Virus record (IMG/VR): IMGVR_UViG_3300017821_000005
Location: 1 to 45,412 of that record
Length of the DNA stretch: 45,412 nt
Strand: one strand, 5' to 3'
Origin: a virus
Lineage: Duplodnaviria; Caudoviricetes
Shown piece after piece: positions 39,160 through 45,412 of the stretch. Below the pieces are notes generated by a model. It saw nothing but the letters and a program-made list of their open reading frames with translations. It searched no databases and had not been told where the DNA came from. A program made the position numbers and the translations under genes. Each line of letters starts with the position of its first letter. Within the stretch, counting starts at the first letter, position 1.

Positions 39160-40101
39160 TCAGGAAAAAGCCCAACCTCCGGACTGAGACACCACTACCC
39201 ATTGACCTTCTCCCATACCAGCCAACAACAATGCCGATAGTGGTTGACTAGCCATTGCTGATGTAAAACTTCCGATTGTGTTGGATATATTACCATCAGG
39301 CGGCGCCAGCACAGTTCCTGGCCCACCCACAATCAATAACTGCGTATTCGCTGTACCATCAGGCAACTGGTATGTATCGACCAGTTGGATGGTTTCGATC
39401 GTCGTTACAGCAATTGGCGTTGGTGGTATTACATAAGCAAAAGTCCAATCACCGGATTTAGACGTAACAACCCACTGGCCACCTCCAAGACAGGTTAGTG
39501 CCAATGCCGCAAACTGCTCAGAAGACTGAGCTGTTGTGAAGTTTCCAGTATCCGTACAAATTTGACCATTAGTTGGTGCTAGTATAGTTCCAGCGCCGAT
39601 GAACAGCAGCCGCTGGTTGAAAATACCCTTAGTAGGAAGTTGGTATTCACCAACCAATTGGACGGTTTCATCAAACAACGTAGGTTTCATTGCCGCTTCC
39701 TGGCCTACGCCGGTTGCTTCTGGCGGCAAATCAACACCATCCATAGACGAGCATACCACATGGATAAAGCCTGGTCCGTAATTCGACCAATCGTCCAACA
39801 GCGTGACGACAAAAGTATCACCATGCCATAAGATTAGATCTGGAGACAGACCTTCTGCTGGACCGTGTAGGGGAAACGTGGTTGTAATTTCAATAGACTT
39901 GGACTGGTGCTGCTCTTCAGGAAGCCGGACAAGCTCGTTAGGCGAGGTTGCCGTTACTACGCCCAAAGCCCCAACAACCGCCATCGGCGTGTTGCGAGCA
40001 CGCCCAGTGGTGTCTATATTTTGGTCGCGCCTAAGTACCCTAAATTGGTCGACAAATTCGGGCGCCGATAACGCATCGCGCAGATCAAAAGCAACGGGCA
40101 T
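39160..40101 (-). CDS. head-closure/adaptor protein fused to two tandem ~80-aa beta domains
   Basis: N-terminal D.R.AL..PEF.D.F.V.R...D.ILW.G..F.V....DWS.YG.GF; duplicated C-terminal domain. Confidence 0.75.
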   Translation of the reverse strand: MPVAFDLRDALSAPEFVDQFRVLRRDQNIDTTGRARNTPMAVVGALGVVTATSPNELVRLPEEQHQSKSIEITTTFPLHGPAEGLSPDLILWHGDTFVVTLLDDWSNYGPGFIHVVCSSMDGVDLPPEATGVGQEAAMKPTLFDETVQLVGEYQLPTKGIFNQRLLFIGAGTILAPTNGQICTDTGNFTTAQSSEQFAALALTCLGGGQWVVTSKSGDWTFAYVIPPTPIAVTTIETIQLVDTYQLPDGTANTQLLIVGGPGTVLAPPDGNISNTIGSFTSAMASQPLSALLLAGMGEGQWVVVSQSGGWAFS

Positions 40102-40106
40102 CTATC

Positions 40107-40218
40107 AGAATCGATTTTAACGCGCGTGTGATGCGTGTGATCGATCGGCGCGTCATTGATACGTCAAAACGCGATTCGCGCGCTGGCGACGCTTCTAGAC
40201 ACACCAGAATCGATTCTA
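40107..40218 (+). repeat. dispersed ~110-bp element, copy C
   Basis: AATCGATT at 40109 and 40208; core 15-mer at 40149-40163. Confidence 0.9.
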
Positions 40219-40803
40219 TTTGATCAGCTTAGAAAATTCGCCGCCGCCTTCGACTGGCTGCGTATAAGTACGCACGTTTTTCTTTTCCAGGGCATAGGTA
40301 TAAGCTTGTCTAAGACGGCCGAATTCGATCAAAGGCCGCGTGCTCTTATGACCGCGTCTGCGCCGAGCACGCAGTGTAGCTTCTGCCAATGGTACAAACT
40401 GCGCGGTGGTCATATACCTACGCACAGATGCCTGGCAAATAAGCCCTACTTTGTGTAAGCCTTTATCAACCGCCTGTTGTTGGCCTCGCAAAGCTGCTTC
40501 ACCGACGCTCCGAAGTATCGGCACAATTAGGTTTATAGCAGCTTGAATACCCGGCACTAAATGGGGTCTTGGCGGAATACCAGCAGCGGGTGAGCCATGA
40601 TTTAAGATATACGAAATTGCGGCATTGTTATCACCAATATTGGTGCCGGTAAGTGGTTTAACACCTTTATTTCCCTGCGGGTTCTTCATACGGCCGGCGG
40701 TTTGTTCTGGAATACCAACCAGCACGCTCTGCTCGGTTAGGTTCCTAACTAGCCGCTCGACTTCCGGGAGGTTATTGATAACAGTGCTAGCTTCAACGAT
40801 CAT
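40216..40803 (-). CDS. neck / tail-completion protein
   Basis: VLVGIP, NA.I.YI..HGSP..GIPPRP.L.PG, PLA..T...R, RPLI..G.L. Confidence 0.85.
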   Translation of the reverse strand: MIVEASTVINNLPEVERLVRNLTEQSVLVGIPEQTAGRMKNPQGNKGVKPLTGTNIGDNNAAISYILNHGSPAAGIPPRPHLVPGIQAAINLIVPILRSVGEAALRGQQQAVDKGLHKVGLICQASVRRYMTTAQFVPLAEATLRARRRRGHKSTRPLIEFGRLRQAYTYALEKKNVRTYTQPVEGGGEFSKLIK

Positions 40804-41033
40804 GTTACTATAATACCATCATTAGCCGTTTGTTTCTCGAACTCTGCATTACAATTAAGCAAACAATCCTTGCTTGGAGTTGGACAAAATTCGCAATTCA
40901 TTAGTGTACCACCTCCTAACAAATCCATTCGGCGACGACCACCAAACGGATCAATTTCAGGCGGATTATCAGGTCGTGAAGGAATCAGTTCGTGGTATCG
41001 GTCGCTTATGTCTTCTGGCGTTGTGGGTCTCAT
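40800..41033 (-). CDS. hypothetical Cys-containing protein (77 aa)
   Basis: ATG at 41033 avoids overlap with the DUF4054 gene; ATGA-type overlap downstream. Confidence 0.5.
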   Translation of the reverse strand: MRPTTPEDISDRYHELIPSRPDNPPEIDPFGGRRRMDLLGGGTLMNCEFCPTPSKDCLLNCNAEFEKQTANDGIIVT

Positions 41034-41107
41034 GATATTTTCCAGTTGACAACTGTCTACATAAGCCCAACGAACGCCAGCGTGTTTATCTAAATGATTG
41101 ATTTCAT

Positions 41108-41650
41108 TTAGTAAACCGCACTCCCCGGACTCCCGACAATAAATGGCGGAGGACCAGCCCATCCTGGACCGTTCTGCCCACCGGTTGGATCAGCCCCTAC
41201 GCCGATCTGTAATGGTATAGTACCAACCATCCGCGCTAGGTTAATGAATCTTCTCCCATATATTGTCAAATTAAAATGCGAGGCTTTTAATTCGATGCCA
41301 GAGCTTGCATCATAATTAACTGATACACCGCCAGCACTGCGGCCGGATATTGGTCCTGCCACAGTCCCCGGCACCGCTCGCAAAGCAGCAGCATCCGCAG
41401 CCTGGACCTCTAATGCCAGATTATGCCCAACAAACAGCTCAACCCCAAGGTCTAAAATTGTGCGCGGCGTAGATGCACCGTCGAAATAAGACGGAAACGC
41501 AGTCTGTGAATTCCACAAATGGGCGAGAGTAGAAGACTGCAATAACAGATTAGCGACAGCGCCCCAATAATTCAAAACCGAATTTGGGTACCGCCCTTGG
41601 TCCTGAAATTCGGGGAAGTCATGGCGAAAATCGGTTATACCAACAGACAT
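41108..41650 (-). CDS. head-tail connector (DUF4054)
   Basis: FR.DFPEF.D...YP, LF.GHNL.L, SAGGVSVNYD, FNLT.YG.RF; start reassigned to the TGATG overlap. Confidence 0.88.
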   Translation of the reverse strand: MSVGITDFRHDFPEFQDQGRYPNSVLNYWGAVANLLLQSSTLAHLWNSQTAFPSYFDGASTPRTILDLGVELFVGHNLALEVQAADAAALRAVPGTVAGPISGRSAGGVSVNYDASSGIELKASHFNLTIYGRRFINLARMVGTIPLQIGVGADPTGGQNGPGWAGPPPFIVGSPGSAVY

Positions 41651-41871
41651 CAGTACGCCATTTCTCGCCACAGTTTAGCGATTGCGTCTTCAGGCGTAGG
41701 AGCAAAAGCTACCTGGACTCCCGTATTCCATAATATCCAAATTACTGGGCCATCCCCAAGTTCCGGTACTTTAGCACGCCACGCACAGTAGCCATAAACT
41801 CCATTACGCGCAGGGCGCGCGCGGTAGAACCAATCGCCGTCAAAACCGCTGATCGTTTTAACAACTGCCAT
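41650..41871 (-). CDS. hypothetical protein
   Basis: 73-aa ORF tiling the operon. Confidence 0.6.
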   Translation of the reverse strand: MAVVKTISGFDGDWFYRARPARNGVYGYCAWRAKVPELGDGPVIWILWNTGVQVAFAPTPEDAIAKLWREMAY

Positions 41872-41872
41872 A

Positions 41873-42370
41873 TCAGTTAAATCCTATACTACAAGGCAAT
41901 GCCGCCGTAGCCGGCGCTGTTGAACCAGTTGCTGTAGTCGTAGCAGCAACTTGGATTGCGTTGATCATGCCGACACCCTGCCAACCAAGTATTACATTAA
42001 CACCGCCTACAGGGATGGGGATAGCCATTTTAGGCGCTGTGCTGCCTAATGATACAGTAGCTGAAGTATCGAATACCTGCACGTATTCGGTTACGGCATT
42101 AGTGTTGCCACAAGAGATAAAATGCACAACACCGGGGGCGTTATTGCCCGCTGAGCCTTTTACAAACACAACAGTGGCGGTCAGCCCAGAATTAAAGTAG
42201 ACCGCTGCGCCACCATAGGGTTGGGCTGATGCTTTACCATCAAAACCCAATAAACCAACAAAGAGTAATACCAATAATAACCTAATTCCAAATTTAATCA
42301 CTACCCCCCAAAAACAAGCCCATCCAAGAAGTATCGCTATCCATGCAGAAATAAACGTTAGCCTAGACAC
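41873..42370 (-). CDS. membrane-anchored or exported beta-sandwich (decoration-like) protein
   Basis: Long hydrophobic N-terminus ending ...GKASA|Q, followed by a small beta domain with 2 Cys. Confidence 0.6.
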   Translation of the reverse strand: MSRLTFISAWIAILLGWACFWGVVIKFGIRLLLVLLFVGLLGFDGKASAQPYGGAAVYFNSGLTATVVFVKGSAGNNAPGVVHFISCGNTNAVTEYVQVFDTSATVSLGSTAPKMAIPIPVGGVNVILGWQGVGMINAIQVAATTTATGSTAPATAALPCSIGFN

Positions 42371-42373
42371 CGA

Positions 42374-42997
42374 TCAACGTCCCGGCCAGTGGGGGCCAAT
42401 TGGGTAGTCAGATGGCAACGGACTGGGCTCACAATCCTCAAAACCCATGTTTTTGTTCCAATACTTCTGGTTTTTCTTATTCAAATCAGAGAGCGACTCA
42501 TTGTTAACCTGCTTATATTCCGGCGCTGAAGCCGATTCGTCTCGGGAATAGTTATCGCGTGGTTGGAGGTATTGGAACGGCTCCTGGCCTTTACCTTGAG
42601 GCGAGGACTTAGTTTCCGGAGGTTTTGGTGAATTTTCCGGCATAGAATCTCCTCTATGCTCTGCAATAGTCTCAGCAGCTGTCTGTGCCATTTTACCAAC
42701 ATTCATATCCGTTGAGGATAAATGTTCAAAAGGCTTATCGTAACGGCTCGCTTGTACTGGCGGCGTCAGCATTGCGCCGGGACCAGGGACTTGACGCTCG
42801 CCGGGTTTTGGGTAACCGCTCTCACCAGGCGCGACATTCTGATCACCGCTGGTCTCTGGCAATTTACCACCGGGATCCTTCTCAATAAATTCCGCGCCTA
42901 CAGACTTCGGGATACCAAGATTACTATGTCCAGACATAGCCGCACCCATAGCACGGCGCTGGGCTTCGGATATGGGCTTGTCATAGAATAAAGGCAT
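42374..42997 (-). CDS. low-complexity head-region protein
   Basis: N-terminal SEAQRRAM.AA..G.S.LGIPKSVG.EF motif seen in phage head-module proteins; rest is Pro-rich. Confidence 0.65.
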   Translation of the reverse strand: MPLFYDKPISEAQRRAMGAAMSGHSNLGIPKSVGAEFIEKDPGGKLPETSGDQNVAPGESGYPKPGERQVPGPGAMLTPPVQASRYDKPFEHLSSTDMNVGKMAQTAAETIAEHRGDSMPENSPKPPETKSSPQGKGQEPFQYLQPRDNYSRDESASAPEYKQVNNESLSDLNKKNQKYWNKNMGFEDCEPSPLPSDYPIGPHWPGR

Positions 42998-43001
42998 TGG
43001 C

Positions 43002-43283
43002 TCAATCCTCTTTGTCTATCACACGCCTAGGCGTGCGCCTGTCAGAAGGAAACGGTGGCATTGATACGGGCTTGGTCTCCTCGACCTTTTCGGCCTGAGG
43101 ATCATCATCAACAATCCGCGTCTCTGATGGCTTTACACCAAGGATGTGCAGATACGGATGCTTCGCTGTATGCTCATCAACCCAGACTTCGCCAGGACCA
43201 ATATCAACTACATCCATATTACGATGGGCCAACGTCAATCGGATTTTACGCGGTAAAACCAATTTATGTTCGGATCTAGGCAT
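43002..43283 (-). CDS. small head-associated protein (STY1053-like)
   Basis: LT......G...VDE..A.HPY pattern plus a charged tail; a type usually found just after the major capsid gene. Confidence 0.5.
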   Translation of the reverse strand: MPRSEHKLVLPRKIRLTLAHRNMDVVDIGPGEVWVDEHTAKHPYLHILGVKPSETRIVDDDPQAEKVEETKPVSMPPFPSDRRTPRRVIDKED

Positions 43284-43286
43284 GAA

Positions 43287-43742
43287 TCATGCTTCCTTTT
43301 CTGCAACAGGCACCAATTCCTTTGGTAGGTTATCGACGCCTTGTCGAACCAGGGACCTAGACATACGTATACGGTTAAGCTGCGCTTCATCAGCCAATGT
43401 ACCAGGCTTTAAGTCAGGCCATGCAATCTTAACCGCTGCGGCTATTTCATATGGTGAGAGATTTGGGTGCTCAATCACATAATTACGGACCACGGTCCGG
43501 ATTCCAATCACGTCTAAATCAGCCCGTTTTAGATCAATCGTGCCATCTCTTTCACAAATCAATGGCACCAACACCGGAAAATCCACGCCACGTTTACGCC
43601 AACGCTCACGATGGTCTTTTATAGCACCAAATAGCTCGTGGACCAATCGGCCCGTCATTGGCCGGCCGTGGAATAATCTACAGCGCGCTTCCAGTTGACG
43701 GAGGGCTTTAAGCATCTCAGGATGGTCGGTATCGTCTATCAC
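43287..43742 (-). CDS. hypothetical protein (151 aa; start reassigned to GTG 43742)
   Basis: AAGGT SD before the GTG; avoids overlap with the divergent gene at 43784. Confidence 0.6.
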   Translation of the reverse strand: MIDDTDHPEMLKALRQLEARCRLFHGRPMTGRLVHELFGAIKDHRERWRKRGVDFPVLVPLICERDGTIDLKRADLDVIGIRTVVRNYVIEHPNLSPYEIAAAVKIAWPDLKPGTLADEAQLNRIRMSRSLVRQGVDNLPKELVPVAEKEA

Positions 43743-43783
43743 CGTATACCTTAATCTAGCATGGTAAAGTAGGAGCAAACTAA

Positions 43784-43942
43784 ATGAAGATCGGCGTATG
43801 GCCGCGCTGTCTTTTTTCCATTGCCCTAATAATGGCGTTATGCGTGCTAGACCCAAAGTCGCCGATACCGGGTCTAGATGCTTTCGCTATCATAATATCT
43901 GGCATTTCTCTTTTCTTAGCGCTTTGGTGGGTCCATAAATGA
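43784..43942 (+). CDS. small 2-TM protein (52 aa, not in ORF track)
   Basis: AGGAG SD; MKIGVWPRCLFSIALIMALCVLDPKSPIPGLDAFAIIISGISLFLALWWVHK; ATGA overlap with the next gene. Confidence 0.7.
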   Translation: MKIGVWPRCLFSIALIMALCVLDPKSPIPGLDAFAIIISGISLFLALWWVHK

Positions 43943-44127
43943 AGATCAAAGGCTATTGGCGGTATTGGCGGGTAGTAAACGAGGACAAGTTTCAACGTAT
44001 GATGAGACGGGCAACCCCCAAAACGTCATCAACAAGACGGCGGCGGCCAGTAGTAACAGCCTCTGCCGACAAAGACTTCGCAATTGCTGGAGATGCTTGG
44101 TCTAGGAAACATTCTGATGAAGCCTAG
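43939..44127 (+). CDS. small basic hypothetical protein
   Basis: ATGA coupling; 62 aa. Confidence 0.6.
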   Translation: MKIKGYWRYWRVVNEDKFQRMMRRATPKTSSTRRRRPVVTASADKDFAIAGDAWSRKHSDEA

Positions 44128-44356
44128 AACCGAAATTGTAGAGACCAGGCGTTACCATTGGTGGGTATTCTACCCATTCCGCTGGTTGTTCTGGGCGTTT
44201 GTCGGCTGTCTAATCTTCACGCTAATGGACTGGCCGATAAATACTACTAACCTATTGGGTCAAATCAATGCATGGCTCATAATCGCGTTCGCGTCGTGGA
44301 TGACGTTCTCACAAAAATGGCGGCGGACGGTGGTTAGGAGGAGAGATGTGGAATGA
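44117..44356 (+). CDS. small 2-TM protein
   Basis: Trp/Phe-rich hydrophobic helices; ATG at 44117. Confidence 0.65.
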   Translation: MKPRTEIVETRRYHWWVFYPFRWLFWAFVGCLIFTLMDWPINTTNLLGQINAWLIIAFASWMTFSQKWRRTVVRRRDVE

Positions 44357-44652
44357 GCATCACCGAACGCCTTCTGTGGATCGCGCTATTAGTTCTAGGG
44401 CATCTAGCCGATCTTATAACTTCCGGTATCGGCGTACTCCGCTTCGGAGCTGACCGATGGGAAGCTAATCCGCTTGCGCGTCTCGCCTTCGACCACTTGG
44501 GAATTGTCGGCGCTGGATTAATTAAGATGGGTGCTGTCTTAATAATAGTTATTTGGATCACATGTACAAAACAACGCCGTCCAATAATGTTATCTTTTAT
44601 CTGCGGATTTCCGCTCTTATTGGCAATATCGGCAGTTATTGCTCTGTACTAG
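44353..44652 (+). CDS. DUF5658-like membrane protein
   Basis: D..T..G...G...EANP motif with three TM segments; AGGAGG SD. Confidence 0.7.
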   Translation: MSITERLLWIALLVLGHLADLITSGIGVLRFGADRWEANPLARLAFDHLGIVGAGLIKMGAVLIIVIWITCTKQRRPIMLSFICGFPLLLAISAVIALY

Positions 44653-44710
44653 CCACTTAGCTATATCCATCAAACTAGTGGCGGCAGATGGTAGTTAACA
44701 GGAGAGAGCA

Positions 44711-45052
44711 ATGAAGTCCAAAACCAAGATCGTTGAATTGCCACTACCAACAGATGAAATTCGAAACGATAGCAGCCTTACTATCTCTGAAGCAATGGCT
44801 CGTGTCGAAGGAGGTATCGAACTTCGATATGGCGATATTATGATCAAGGTCGAGCGTCATGCCTTTGAGCAAGCGCAACGGCACGTCAACAATATTCCGC
44901 TCAGCGAGCATAATCGGTTGAAGATCAGCATTGATAACGCGCTACGCCGTGCATTGCCGAAAATGCGCAAAGGCCACTTTTCAAAAAAGACTGCCGACAA
45001 TTTCTGTAACGACTTGTTACTATGGGAAGCCCTGAAAAGTAGCACAAACTAG
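44711..45052 (+). CDS. hypothetical protein
   Basis: AGGAG SD; 113 aa. Confidence 0.7.
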   Translation: MKSKTKIVELPLPTDEIRNDSSLTISEAMARVEGGIELRYGDIMIKVERHAFEQAQRHVNNIPLSEHNRLKISIDNALRRALPKMRKGHFSKKTADNFCNDLLLWEALKSSTN

Positions 45053-45061
45053 GAAAGAAGA

Positions 45062-45298
45062 ATGAAATATCTAGCTGCTATGACAGCAATCATAGCATTA
45101 TCCTCATCACCGCCCGAAGTCATATCATCACCACCGCCCGAAACCGGGATGATTATACAGGCCCATCCAGATGGATCGTATACGTGGGAATGCCCGGCGG
45201 GCGAAAGTCTGTATAACCTAAAATACCAATCTGCTGACGGCACGTGGAGACCGATCAAAGCTTGCGTCTCAATACAGGCACCTAAGCACCAAGAATGA
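45062..45298 (+). CDS. small secreted-type protein
   Basis: MKYLAAMTAIIALS N-terminus; 2 Cys. Confidence 0.6.
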   Translation: MKYLAAMTAIIALSSSPPEVISSPPPETGMIIQAHPDGSYTWECPAGESLYNLKYQSADGTWRPIKACVSIQAPKHQE

Positions 45299-45412
45299 CG
45301 CGTTTGCGTTTGCGTCTGCGCAAGATGCGGCCGAGGTGCCAGCCTTCTGGCACCTGCTCACCCCTTGCTAATTGCTTATTGACCTTGCTATCAGTAATCC
45401 ACTGTCGCAATC
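45282..45412 (-). CDS. C-terminus of a probable homing-endonuclease-like protein (truncated by window)
   Basis: Reverse frame reads ...WITDSKVNKQLARGEQVPEGWHLGR..., resembling the WITxGxxNK..PxGWxxGR tail of phage HNH/GIY-YIG endonucleases. Confidence 0.5.
   Translation of the reverse strand, partial: LRQWITDSKVNKQLARGEQVPEGWHLGRILRRRKRKRVILGA

Noticed and set aside
43743-43856. N-terminal 38 codons of the 189-aa ORF in the track
   Set aside because: They overlap a better-supported + strand gene (43784-43942); the GTG at 43742 has its own SD.
45295-45330. GCGTTT short tandem / + strand ORF MTRLRLRLRK
   Set aside because: Better explained as the RKRKR codons of the minus-strand ORF end.

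Overview
This window looks like a ~45 kb segment of a tailed dsDNA phage with a contractile tail (DUF4054/DUF3383/DUF3277/DUF2612-type morphogenesis module). A lipoprotein and spanin-like genes suggest a Gram-negative host. All family assignments are from motif recognition by eye, not from database searches. Bases 1-6195 (+) hold the end of a SNF2-type helicase, a DUF3310 gene, thyX and a row of small early-type genes, five of them preceded by a structured leader ending in TCCTAGGAGGA. Bases 6262-43742 (-) are the late operon (neck, sheath, tube, frameshifted chaperone, tape measure, baseplate, fibres), interrupted by unusual cargo. Terminase, portal and major capsid genes are not in the window. 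The most striking observations: (1) about 8 fibre/depolymerase/decoration-like proteins carry N-terminal Sec-type signal peptides, most with paired cysteines, suggesting exported appendage proteins; (2) an amidinotransferase-fold gene and a pyruvoyl (PSD-like) decarboxylase gene are inserted in the baseplate module; (3) a sulfotransferase-glycosyltransferase-sedolisin trio ends the operon; (4) a dispersed ~110-bp non-coding element occurs in 4 clear copies, three of them almost free of GG/CC dinucleotides, spaced at near-multiples of ~4.1 kb.
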